This document shows positions 1 through 9,483 of a stretch of 57,737 nucleotides of DNA, in pieces. The stretch lies in IMG/VR virus record IMGVR_UViG_3300032007_000041, one strand, 5' to 3'. Position 1 is the stretch's first letter. Every line of letters starts with the position of its first letter. The stretch comes from an uncultured virus (IMG/VR IMGVR_UViG_3300032007_000041). Lineage: Duplodnaviria > Heunggongvirae > Uroviricota > Caudoviricetes. Under the pieces are notes generated by a model. That model made no database searches. It saw nothing but the letters and a program-made list of their open reading frames with translations, and was not told the origin of the DNA. The position numbers were made by a program, and so were the translations under genes.

Positions 1-132
1 CTGTTTTGCTTCTGTTTCAGAATTTACAACAGAAAATAATTTCTTACTCTGTTTATGCATTGATTCCGCAATTCGTGTAAACGTATCATTATCAAAGATT
101 TCATCTGAAACTCTTTTAATCACGTTTTTCAC
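1..132 (-). CDS. partial hypothetical protein (runs off the left edge)
   Basis: Open frame GTG-KNVIKRVSDEIFDNDTF... from 132 (or GTG at 123) to position 1, preceded by an AGGGAG RBS; read by hand. Confidence 0.6.
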   Translation of the reverse strand, partial: MKNVIKRVSDEIFDNDTFTRIAESMHKQSKKLFSVVNSETEAKQ

Positions 133-274
133 ACTCCCTAATTCGTAAATTCTGAAACCAAAAGTTATAGTGGTATCAGAACGTTTATATCTATTAAAAA
201 AATAATATAAACGTTTTATATTATTACTTTTTCTTATATATACAAAGCTATAATACTTGTTTTATAACATAAAA

Positions 275-304
275 ATAAAAGGTAAGATTAATCTTACCTT
301 TTAT
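275..304 (-). terminator. intrinsic terminator-like palindrome after the methyltransferase
   Basis: Perfect inverted repeat ATAAAAGGTAAGATT/AATCTTACCTTTTAT just past the stop at 312. Confidence 0.6.
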
Positions 305-311
305 AAAATTA

Positions 312-983
312 TTATTTATCATTAATCAAATCGCAACCAATAAAATTGCGATTTGTATCTTTACAACAAGTTAAAACAGAATAGCCACCTGCACATGGGT
401 CTAATACAAAGTCTTGTTCATCTGTTGTGGCTAAAATTAATCGTTTCTGTAATTCAATTGGTTTACTATGTGGATGTACTTTTACTACCTTTTCTTGCCA
501 AACATCAGGTATACCGTGGTCATTCCAACAGCCCTTTGCACGAATAGGCTTCTTCTGTAATACTACCATATATTCTGCCTTATGTCTTGAACGGTATCCC
601 ATTCCTATTTTCATCTTATCCCACGTAATCATATCAACTACTTCAAGTGGAAGTCCTTTCCTCCATTTATGAGCACTACCTTCACAAAGATGAAACCTAT
701 CTACCCACAAAAATATATGTCCACTTGGTTTTAATACTCTTGAAATTTCAGTTAAAAATTCAACAATTTTTTCTTCAGTCATTTGTGGTAATGCACAACG
801 GTCTACATTACGATTTTTACCTTCATCACCGTAATGCAATTGGTCTAAAATACCTCTATACTGTGGGTCAAACACACAAAGTTTAATTGTTTCATCTTTT
901 AAACTTTTCATTAACTCCATGCCATCAGACTTATTCTTATCGTTAATCACATAATTAGTTTGGCTAGAAAAAATATCCTGCAT
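312..983 (-). CDS. DNA N6-adenine/N4-cytosine methyltransferase (beta class)
   Basis: DPQY (motif IV, DPPY-like) precedes HPHSKP and VLDPCAGGYS (motif I); ends RNFIGCD. Confidence 0.9.
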   Translation of the reverse strand: MQDIFSSQTNYVINDKNKSDGMELMKSLKDETIKLCVFDPQYRGILDQLHYGDEGKNRNVDRCALPQMTEEKIVEFLTEISRVLKPSGHIFLWVDRFHLCEGSAHKWRKGLPLEVVDMITWDKMKIGMGYRSRHKAEYMVVLQKKPIRAKGCWNDHGIPDVWQEKVVKVHPHSKPIELQKRLILATTDEQDFVLDPCAGGYSVLTCCKDTNRNFIGCDLINDK

Positions 984-985
984 TA

Positions 986-1645
986 TTAATCCTCTTTCTT
1001 CAACAATTTTTCATACAAATAACTTTTTAATTCCTCTACGTGCATTTCACGTTTTTCCTCATCTGTATGTTTTTCATCTAAAATCATATATAATTCTTTT
1101 AATGCTTTTTTCTTGATAACTGAAACTCTACTTTGACTGATTTTAAGTTTCTTACCAATTTCTTGTTGTTTATATCCTTCTAAAGTAAGTCCAATAACTT
1201 CTTTTTGACGTTTATTAAGCAAACTAAATATATACTCTACATACATATCTGATTCACTATCACCAATGTCATCAACAGTTTTATTTTGTAATAAATAATC
1301 ACAATCAGAAGGTTTTTCTCTATTTCCTTTAAAATAATACCTTTGAATGTAAGCTCTTAATTTAATAATTAAATTCTTAAATAAATATCTATCAAATTTA
1401 AAGAACTTCCCATCATAATATGGGTCATATGCTTCACATAAAACTGTAAAATAAATATATGCTTGTTGTAATAATTCATTTTTATCAAATGATTTCATCC
1501 AACCTAGCCAACCTACTAATCTTTGTATTTTTTCCTCATACATAAACCATATTTTATTTCTATCTGTTTTAACATCCTCATATAATGGTTCAAAAGGAGG
1601 AACTAAATCAAAGTTTTCTTTGGTTTCATCAGACGTATTTATCAA
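986..1645 (-). CDS. phage sigma-70-family RNA polymerase sigma factor
   Basis: Region 2-like ELLQQAYIYF...YDP...F..YL and region 4 HTH LNKRQKEVI...GYKQQEIGKKLKISQSRVS. Confidence 0.8.
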   Translation of the reverse strand: MINTSDETKENFDLVPPFEPLYEDVKTDRNKIWFMYEEKIQRLVGWLGWMKSFDKNELLQQAYIYFTVLCEAYDPYYDGKFFKFDRYLFKNLIIKLRAYIQRYYFKGNREKPSDCDYLLQNKTVDDIGDSESDMYVEYIFSLLNKRQKEVIGLTLEGYKQQEIGKKLKISQSRVSVIKKKALKELYMILDEKHTDEEKREMHVEELKSYLYEKLLKKED

Positions 1646-1657
1646 ATTAATCCTTCC

Positions 1658-2878
1658 TTATTCACTTTGTTCAACAACAATAAATCCTATTTTCATATCA
1701 CGACACATATCTTTAATAAACTCATTTACATCATTTAAATCAATTGAATTTAATGTATCAATAATAACATCTTTATCTATTGTATCGTGTGCTGCATATT
1801 GGTCTAATTTAAAACTATTTGCATCTTCACAACAACGAAAAGCCTTTTTAAAATCACTTGTTAAAAATGCTTTTGCATGATTAAATTCTTTTTGTGTAAT
1901 GCCTTTATCTAAATCATTTAATTTTTCGACAATTAATTCTTTCGTTTTTTCAATATTATTTTTATTTAATGCAGTATAACAAAACATTAATGATGGTTCA
2001 TTTAAATCAAATGTCATAGTATCTGCACGAACAGTATACGCATATCCATACTTTTCACGAATATCCATAAACCTAGAGCCAAATCCTCCACCCAATACAT
2101 GAGCAATAATTTCATTTATTAATGTTTCTTTCGTGTTGGATGATTTTGTTTCCCATATAGCAACCATTGTTGATTGAATTCCTTCAATTGTATCTACATT
2201 ATCTTCAATAGTTATAATTGGATTGACAACACGATTATTAATGGAAGTTTTTGCAAATTCATATCCTTCTAAATAGTCAGATACAAATTCACAAATTTGT
2301 TCATGTTTTACATTACCTGTTACCATTAATGTAATATTTGATGGAATATAATTAGAATTAATAAAATTAATTAATTGTTCTCTAGTAATATTCCTTACGG
2401 TTTCAGGTGTTCCACCATTTGTCCAACGATTAGCATATTTTCTAAAAATTGTTTTAGTAATATTTTCCATTACTCTATGTGTAGCATCGTCATGATACAT
2501 ATTCAATTCTTCAATAACTACGCTTTTTTCTAATTCAAATTCTTCTTCAGGAATAGTATTATTAAATACAATATCAGATATTACATCTAATGCAGTTTTC
2601 CAATATTCTTTTAAAATGGTACAATGAAATGCAGTACTATTTTCTGCGGTATATGCATTCATGTCGCCGCCATATTGTTGTACATCTAACCAAATTTCAT
2701 CTTTATCTCTATTTGCAGTACCTTTAAAAACTTGATGTTCTGCTAAATGTGCAATACCCAAACAATCATTCGGTTCATCAAAACTACCTTTATTTACAAT
2801 ATATCCCATAGAAACAAAATCTTCATCTGTTTGTTCTGTTATAACAGTCAAACCATTATCTAAAATTGTTTTTTTCAT
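1658..2878 (-). CDS. M16 family (pitrilysin/MPP-like) zinc peptidase
   Basis: GIAHLAEHQVFKGT inverted HxxEH motif, NAYT, EKSVVIEEL, and C-terminal LGGGFGSR..IREKYGYAY. Confidence 0.93.
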   Translation of the reverse strand: MKKTILDNGLTVITEQTDEDFVSMGYIVNKGSFDEPNDCLGIAHLAEHQVFKGTANRDKDEIWLDVQQYGGDMNAYTAENSTAFHCTILKEYWKTALDVISDIVFNNTIPEEEFELEKSVVIEELNMYHDDATHRVMENITKTIFRKYANRWTNGGTPETVRNITREQLINFINSNYIPSNITLMVTGNVKHEQICEFVSDYLEGYEFAKTSINNRVVNPIITIEDNVDTIEGIQSTMVAIWETKSSNTKETLINEIIAHVLGGGFGSRFMDIREKYGYAYTVRADTMTFDLNEPSLMFCYTALNKNNIEKTKELIVEKLNDLDKGITQKEFNHAKAFLTSDFKKAFRCCEDANSFKLDQYAAHDTIDKDVIIDTLNSIDLNDVNEFIKDMCRDMKIGFIVVEQSE

Positions 2879-2956
2879 ATATATTTATCTCCATTTCATA
2901 ATCATAATTTATTATATATATTTATTCATAAAAAAAATAATATTTGATTGATAAAA

Positions 2957-2980
2957 AATAGCCTAGAAAACTAGGCTATT
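2957..2980 (-). terminator. intrinsic terminator after terminase
   Basis: AATAGCCTAG-aaaa-CTAGGCTATT hairpin followed by a T-run on the minus strand. Confidence 0.7.
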
Positions 2981-2984
2981 AAAA

Positions 2985-5900
2985 TCATCTAAATTTATAT
3001 CTACCTGCCGTTGCTTTTGGCATATGTCCTCTACGACCTTCTACTGTTGCAAAGTTGGCAAGAACATCACTATCAGGTACATCATCATGATAACCTAATG
3101 GTGCTTCAATTTTCTTATTAACAGAATAACCTGTAACTGTTTGTTCCAAATCTGCCCATTCGCTTACCATACGATGATAGTATCCAATATTATTTTCTCC
3201 TGCACCTTCCGCAGTTGATTTTAAAAATCTTTCTTTAGTCATATATTTAAATTTACCATTATCTAATTCCTGTCTCCACTTTGCATACATGATATTTTTC
3301 ATATTCATTCCTGAACCTGTAAATCTATCACGAGCATTAAAAATAATTCCCTCTAAATTTTTAATACCAAATTCTTCCTGCAAAGTTTGAACAACCGCAG
3401 CTCCACAACCTGTATAATCTGCAAAAATCTTTTTACATTCAAATCGTGGATGATAACCACCAAATAAATTAGATATATAGTACATTTGTTGTGGATAACT
3501 TGTATCCTGAAATTCTTTGGAGAAAACTTTTTGTTTTGTTCCATCACGAGCTACACGCAATACGGTAATTTGCGTACTATCTCCATCAGGATTACTACCT
3601 GCAAAGTCAATACCTGCTACATAATTTTCTCCAATAATTCCGTGGTCTATCCAATCAAATTGTCCATCTGTCATTTTCTTTATTTGGTCACTATCCAAAT
3701 ATTTGCCTGCGCCATCAATAAATTCAAGCATATATTGTGTTTTAAAATCTTCGATAGACAAGTTTCCTTCTGTCCATAATTCAGGATTATTAGGGAACAT
3801 TTCTTCTTTTAAAACTTTAGGCATAGCTTGTTCTAATACGAATCGTGAATATGGACGTACAATACCTGTTTTTGGGTCAGGTAAATATATTGCATCTAAT
3901 GCCCATAACTGTTGACATTGTGTCCAATCTCTACGTACTACAGTCCATTTATCATGTGCTTTACCTTCTACTGCATCATAAAAATGATTGCGAGTCTTTG
4001 GTGTACCAATTTGCACTATTTTAGCATTTGTGTTATGAACAAAGATGCCATTTGCAATAAATGAATGGTGTTTGTCTACTGTCAAATCATAAACGTGTTG
4101 TAATCCTGAGAATTCAACTTTTACAACTCTTGAAAATCTCAAATCAGTATCAAGTAGTTCCTTTGGAATTTTATGTTTATGTTGTTTTAAAATTTCTACA
4201 CCTTTGTTCAAAGTTTCTTGTTTATAAGAAACCAAAAGTTTGAAATTCTTATGGAAATTTTCAACTGATTCTTTATCCTTTACATGCAACACATAATATT
4301 TTTTGTAGCTAACTGTTTTGCCATTAATTTGATGTTGTTTTTTTCCATTTCTCTCTTGTATATAACTCTGTACGCCAAATTTACAAAGAATATCTTGAAC
4401 ATTTTTAACAATATTCAAACATATCGAAACAAATTCAATTCTGCAACGTCTATTTTCTTCAAGACGTACAGAACCATCAGTATCATACAGCCCGCCAATT
4501 AATTCCTGTAAAGACTCTTTATCCCATTTTTCAAAATCTTTTGGTAATATTTTACTCATAGACGTTTTACCATCCAATCCAGAGTCTTTCATATGTTGCA
4601 CAAAACCAATAATCGTACCGCTTTTATAATTACGATTATCTTTTGTCACAAAACACTTTGAAGAAATTTCGCTAAATTTAAAACCCATAGAGTTAATATA
4701 ATCAATCAATTCTTGGTCTTGGGTAAAATATTGTGCAGAGTTTATACAACATCCGTCACCTATCATCATTCCAAACAAACGGGCATACTGATTATGAATT
4801 GTACCAAAGAATGGCAATTCTTTCGGAATTCCCACCTGATAGCCAACTTTAATTTTATCCAAACGTTCCCATCTTGGAATTCTTGCTTTTTTTGTTTCTC
4901 TGCTTTTTACAATAATGGGGTGGTCATCTGTACCACAAATAGTTTTGCCATTAGCCAAAGTAATTGTTATGGTATCATATACACCTGTATCATGAAATTC
5001 TGTAATATTGCCTTTAACAATCTTTTTTGTGTCAAAATCAACACATGGAATTTCATTTATATTTTTATTATTCACCAATTCTTCTATAGTTTGCGTTGTT
5101 CCATCAAGCAATTGAATTTGGGAATTGCCTATCAAACAGCCGCCTCCCATAGGCACAATTCGTTCGCTGAATGTATAATCTGATACTTTCTGTGCCTCGT
5201 CCAATACAATAACGTCAAACGTTAAACCTTCAATATTGGATTGGTCACTTGCTGATACCGCAGTTACATAAGATTTATTGCTTAATTCAATTCTATCTTT
5301 TGTTAGTTTTACTATTTTATTATTCAATCTATCTTCATTCATTTGAAAGAATGTAGATAAACGTCCAATAGATACTTCTGCCTGTTGTAAACGTGGGGTA
5401 AAGACACCTACTCGCATTTGTGGATAATTATCTATTAAAAATCCACAAAAAGAGCTAATAGATTCTGTATTATGTGTTACTGTATAATCCCCCAATAAAA
5501 ACAAATGGTCAGGAGAATCTATTGTAAAACCGAAATATTCTCCTATTCCTTTTGGTTTAACTTTAAATTTAAAAATCAAACTGAAATTATTATCTGATAA
5601 ATTTTTAGTTTTAACAGAAGATAATAACGAAAATCTACCAAAGAAATAAATGGAATTAGTTTTCTTATTCTTTTTTAAATTAGCTTTCATACCAACAGAA
5701 CGAATTAAATCTAGCATTTCACAAGCAAAATTAAAATCATCAATCTTTAATTTTATTTTATCTTTTCCTATTGTTGAACTTTTTCCATCAACAAATCCAG
5801 ATAAAAATAGCAACCTTGTTTCTAATGAATTTATTTTTATATCATGCAAAATATCATTGTTTGTATGATGATTAATATAGTCTTGGATGTTTTTATCAAA

Positions 5901-7694
5901 AACATTTTTCTCTTTGTTTGACAAAATTTTTCCTAAATTATATACATTAAAATCAAAAGCAATATATTGATAATTTATATTTGCTCTATATCCAAATAAA
6001 GTTTTTCGTTCTTGTAAAGGTAATTTTAAATAATCTTTAATCTCTATATTAAAGATATTGTTTTTTGTATCAATCAAAGATATTATATGGGAAGCATTAA
6101 CAGTAAACGGTTCATATCCAATATCATTCGGTATTATTTCAAACATATCTTCATATCCATGACCTAAATTTGTAACTAATCTAGGTTCGCTTGTAGGAGA
6201 CATTACATAATCTCCGATTTTTATATCTTCTACGTTTTTCCTTGAGCCATCTGCCATCAAAATTTTTGTTCCCTTTGCGAAACACTTGCCCGAATTATGA
6301 ACTACCATACCTCCTGCAATAAACCATCCTTTATTTGGAAATTCTACATCCCAAACTTCTCCTATACCGATTTCTTTCCTTGATACAAACGGAGAATAAT
6401 ATAAATTTTCCCCATCTAAGCCTTTTTCTGTTTTTAATGGATTGCATCCTTTTGCATATTTAACATTAGGCATTGGCTTATCCAATATATCTCCAATAGT
6501 ATTTATAAAATTTTTTCTATTTCTTTGACCACCTATAGAGATTCTATAAAACCATTGTGTACTCTTTTTAAACCATTCTTTTTTTATTGACCCACGAATC
6601 CCTAATTTATTTAAATTTTCTCTTAAAAATTGTGCGTATTCCCATGATGTTTTTCCTGATAATCCCATTTCATAATTTAATTTATTTCGTTTTATCTTTT
6701 TAGAAATCCATCCATCACCACACCACATACCTCTGAAAAAAGCACATAATTGTGATTTTGTAAAATAATTTAATGCACGAGGTATTCTGTTTTCATCATA
6801 ATTTAAAATTCTAATAAAGTCTTTAAATGAGTTTTTATTATCTTTTTTACCAGTTGTAAATAATAATTGTGAGCCTTTTCCATTTGTATATTCTTTTATA
6901 TGAATATCATGGAAATATTTTTCAACAATATATTTCACTCTATTCAAATAATTTTTATTGATATTTGTAAATTTACATGATTGTCGTGGATTTTTAAAAT
7001 ATCCATCCGATGTTATAAAACCTACTAATTCTGCCAATTCATCATTCATTTCAAAAATACCTTCATGTACTTGATTTGGCGAATGTATATTTATAAAAGT
7101 TTCATAACGATATGGTATTTTACCATCACCAAATTTATCCCATGAATCCAAACATAAAACCCAATCTTGTTTTGCTAGTTCATCTGCACGTTTCCAACCA
7201 TTTTGTGTTTTGATAGGGTGATTACCTGTACATTTAATAATATGTCCACCTTTTACATGAATTTCAAAAATAGGAGCATTATCATTTGTTTTCCATGCAT
7301 CTTTATATTCTTCAATAGGAATTAATTTTCCATCACGAGTATGAATAATTGTTCCTTTTAATAAACATTGTCGGCTCATCATTCCTGCTACCTGTTTCAA
7401 TTTTGGATTACATACTGCACGAATTAAAGCAGTTTGATTTTCATGTAATTTCTGTCTGCTTTCAGGCAAATGGTGGCGTAACACATTTTCACAATATTCT
7501 ACAGGGTCTAATCTATTTAAAAAATGATGATAAATAAAATCATCTAATTCTTCACCGTTAATAACATTTTCTTTACTTGACGCTACTATATCATCTTTTA
7601 TAACAGATAAATTGTTTTGAATGTCTTTTGTCAACGCTTGTGTAGGCGTTTCTTCTTTATGCTTTATAGGCAATTTATATATCATTCCTTTCAT
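2985..7694 (-). CDS. terL: terminase large subunit with three inteins (spliced product ~570 aa)
   Basis: After removing the inteins: Walker A MSRQ-SGK-TES, Walker B VIVLDEAQ, motif C QIGTP, RNase H-like AGIDFAG...DYTG...HDDVPDS. Confidence 0.92.
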   Translation of the reverse strand: MKGMIYKLPIKHKEETPTQALTKDIQNNLSVIKDDIVASSKENVINGEELDDFIYHHFLNRLDPVEYCENVLRHHLPESRQKLHENQTALIRAVCNPKLKQVAGMMSRQCLLKGTIIHTRDGKLIPIEEYKDAWKTNDNAPIFEIHVKGGHIIKCTGNHPIKTQNGWKRADELAKQDWVLCLDSWDKFGDGKIPYRYETFINIHSPNQVHEGIFEMNDELAELVGFITSDGYFKNPRQSCKFTNINKNYLNRVKYIVEKYFHDIHIKEYTNGKGSQLLFTTGKKDNKNSFKDFIRILNYDENRIPRALNYFTKSQLCAFFRGMWCGDGWISKKIKRNKLNYEMGLSGKTSWEYAQFLRENLNKLGIRGSIKKEWFKKSTQWFYRISIGGQRNRKNFINTIGDILDKPMPNVKYAKGCNPLKTEKGLDGENLYYSPFVSRKEIGIGEVWDVEFPNKGWFIAGGMVVHNSGKCFAKGTKILMADGSRKNVEDIKIGDYVMSPTSEPRLVTNLGHGYEDMFEIIPNDIGYEPFTVNASHIISLIDTKNNIFNIEIKDYLKLPLQERKTLFGYRANINYQYIAFDFNVYNLGKILSNKEKNVFDKNIQDYINHHTNNDILHDIKINSLETRLLFLSGFVDGKSSTIGKDKIKLKIDDFNFACEMLDLIRSVGMKANLKKNKKTNSIYFFGRFSLLSSVKTKNLSDNNFSLIFKFKVKPKGIGEYFGFTIDSPDHLFLLGDYTVTHNTESISSFCGFLIDNYPQMRVGVFTPRLQQAEVSIGRLSTFFQMNEDRLNNKIVKLTKDRIELSNKSYVTAVSASDQSNIEGLTFDVIVLDEAQKVSDYTFSERIVPMGGGCLIGNSQIQLLDGTTQTIEELVNNKNINEIPCVDFDTKKIVKGNITEFHDTGVYDTITITLANGKTICGTDDHPIIVKSRETKKARIPRWERLDKIKVGYQVGIPKELPFFGTIHNQYARLFGMMIGDGCCINSAQYFTQDQELIDYINSMGFKFSEISSKCFVTKDNRNYKSGTIIGFVQHMKDSGLDGKTSMSKILPKDFEKWDKESLQELIGGLYDTDGSVRLEENRRCRIEFVSICLNIVKNVQDILCKFGVQSYIQERNGKKQHQINGKTVSYKKYYVLHVKDKESVENFHKNFKLLVSYKQETLNKGVEILKQHKHKIPKELLDTDLRFSRVVKVEFSGLQHVYDLTVDKHHSFIANGIFVHNTNAKIVQIGTPKTRNHFYDAVEGKAHDKWTVVRRDWTQCQQLWALDAIYLPDPKTGIVRPYSRFVLEQAMPKVLKEEMFPNNPELWTEGNLSIEDFKTQYMLEFIDGAGKYLDSDQIKKMTDGQFDWIDHGIIGENYVAGIDFAGSNPDGDSTQITVLRVARDGTKQKVFSKEFQDTSYPQQMYYISNLFGGYHPRFECKKIFADYTGCGAAVVQTLQEEFGIKNLEGIIFNARDRFTGSGMNMKNIMYAKWRQELDNGKFKYMTKERFLKSTAEGAGENNIGYYHRMVSEWADLEQTVTGYSVNKKIEAPLGYHDDVPDSDVLANFATVEGRRGHMPKATAGRYKFR
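4032..5138 (-). mobile_element. intein 3 (369 aa) with LAGLIDADG homing endonuclease
   Basis: Starts CLIGNS, block B TDDHP, RLFGMMIGDG and ELIGGLYDTDG, ends FVHN followed by Thr. Confidence 0.9.
5469..6284 (-). mobile_element. intein 2 (272 aa) with degenerate endonuclease region
   Basis: Starts CFAKGTKILMADG, block B VNASH, remnant LLFLSGFVDG, ends VTHN followed by Thr. Confidence 0.88.
6294..7367 (-). mobile_element. intein 1 (358 aa) with LAGLIDADG homing endonuclease
   Basis: Starts CLLKGT, block B TGNHP, LAGLIDADG-like ELVGFITSDG and AFFRGMWCGDG, ends VVHN followed by Ser. Confidence 0.9.
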
Positions 7695-7749
7695 ACTCTG
7701 TTATATTGGTCTTTTTAAATATTATATAAAATTTTTATGTAAATATAAC

Positions 7750-7781
7750 AAAACAGGTATCTGAAATCAGATACCTGTTTT
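7750..7781 (-). terminator. intrinsic terminator
   Basis: 15-bp stem AAAACAGGTATCTGA/TCAGATACCTGTTTT. Confidence 0.75.
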
Positions 7782-7787
7782 TTGTAA

Positions 7788-7928
7788 TTATATAATTTTA
7801 AGTGGATAATTTCTTTTTAATTGATAAAAAACGCTTAAAAATTTATCATAACCTATATCACTTACATTTGTTTGCCATTCCAATTCACGGAGCTTGTCAT
7901 CTGAAGGATAGGCAATTAATTTTTTAAT
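7788..7928 (-). pseudogene. small ORF or remnant beginning IKKLIA (ATT in place of a normal start)
   Basis: 47-codon frame IKKLIAYPSDDKLRELEWQ...PLKII* ending just before the terminator; no ATG. Confidence 0.35.
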
Positions 7929-8003
7929 TTTAAATCACTTTCATAATTTTCAGGATTATCATATTATTCATCATATGAAAAATCTGCTTCATTAAGTGCT
8001 TTT

Positions 8004-8426
8004 TTAGTAACTTTTTTTACCATCAATTATAGTATCAATATAATTTTTATATTTATCTGATAAATCGCCTATAAGCATATCATATGCGTTCCAAAAATCT
8101 TCTTCTCCAACTCTTGCAGTATCATTCCTACTAAACAAATGCAACACATGATTATTATCCTTTAAATTTACAAGTGTATCATCAACAAATGAAATATCAA
8201 TCATATCTGAAATTGCATCTGAAACGATAGTTTGTATATCTTCATCATTTAATGTTTTTTTATCACTATAAAAATTATTAACAACGTTATTAATATTTTT
8301 TTTAATTTCTGCATCGGATTTATTACAAAAATCCATCATAATTTCAAAAAAATCATGTTCTGTTTTCGGAGTTCCATCACTATTGATATTTTTAATTTTA
8401 ATATTATTTGCAAACAATCTTTTCAT
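8004..8426 (-). CDS. hypothetical acidic protein with N-terminal MKRLFA
   Basis: 140-aa ORF with GAGG RBS; a 7-A run near the 3' end may be a frameshift (the other frame continues KKVTKKALNEADF). Confidence 0.7.
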   Translation of the reverse strand: MKRLFANNIKIKNINSDGTPKTEHDFFEIMMDFCNKSDAEIKKNINNVVNNFYSDKKTLNDEDIQTIVSDAISDMIDISFVDDTLVNLKDNNHVLHLFSRNDTARVGEEDFWNAYDMLIGDLSDKYKNYIDTIIDGKKSY

Positions 8427-8445
8427 TTCAACACAACCTCAATCT

Positions 8446-9477
8446 TTATTCTATATTATTATTTTTAAATTCTACATCATAACCAATTTTAGCTTTATCT
8501 AAAAGTTGTTTTGTATTATTATCATACAATGCAAGGTTCATTGTATGATTCCCATTATTATGGAATTTAAATGCAAACATTTCATAAAAACCGCTTTTAT
8601 TTAATTCTAAATTGGTTATCTTAAATTCATTTTCTTGATAATGTGGTGTATAATTGCTACTGAATATCGTTGTATCATCACAACGCACATATAAAGTACA
8701 ATTTAAATTATTATTTAAGCTATCAAATGATTTGATTTTTATTGCTACTTTAACAAAGTCATCACAGGATTCCGTTACAATATTAACTGTATCTGCATTA
8801 TAAACAAATTTATAATCTGTATGAGTGTTTTTGTTATCTTCTGATGGATTATCATTATAAGCATCTGCTCTAGTAAAATAAGGTGTTCCATCATCTTTAA
8901 AACGTATAATATACTCTATTCCACCATCAGATAACACATGATATTCTTGTTTTGGGTTAAACATTAATTTTAATTTATCTATTTCTGCGGACAATGCTTC
9001 ATATTTATCATAAAATTCTTTTAATTGTTTTCTATCTTCAGAAGTAAAAGAATAGTCCGATTCTAATCCACATTTATATGTGCAACGCATTTCCTGTGTA
9101 GAACTAAAATTAAATACATTACGTAAATCATAAATCATGTCTTGTGTAATCATTATTGTACTAGCATTTAATTCAATAATACACAAATGAAAACAATCTT
9201 CAGGTAATTTAGGAATACGTTTTTCTTCAGTAGATTGTACACCATACGTATATACGATTTCGCCTTTTGAATTAATAGATAAAACAACTAACCATGTACC
9301 AATGCGAGGTGCTTGTAATATTTCACTATCTTGTTCACTAAAATTAATCACTTGATTATTATAAATAATTGTACCACTATTAATATGTACGGACATATCT
9401 GCTACATCTAATTGTGTTACTTTGAACATATCCATAATCTTTTTTGATTTAAAATATTTTTCAGAATTTAATATCAA
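8446..9477 (-). CDS. hypothetical protein, possibly virion structural
   Basis: 343-aa ORF, beta-rich, central coiled coil, located among late genes. Confidence 0.6.
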   Translation of the reverse strand: MILNSEKYFKSKKIMDMFKVTQLDVADMSVHINSGTIIYNNQVINFSEQDSEILQAPRIGTWLVVLSINSKGEIVYTYGVQSTEEKRIPKLPEDCFHLCIIELNASTIMITQDMIYDLRNVFNFSSTQEMRCTYKCGLESDYSFTSEDRKQLKEFYDKYEALSAEIDKLKLMFNPKQEYHVLSDGGIEYIIRFKDDGTPYFTRADAYNDNPSEDNKNTHTDYKFVYNADTVNIVTESCDDFVKVAIKIKSFDSLNNNLNCTLYVRCDDTTIFSSNYTPHYQENEFKITNLELNKSGFYEMFAFKFHNNGNHTMNLALYDNNTKQLLDKAKIGYDVEFKNNNIE

Positions 9478-9483
9478 TTATTC

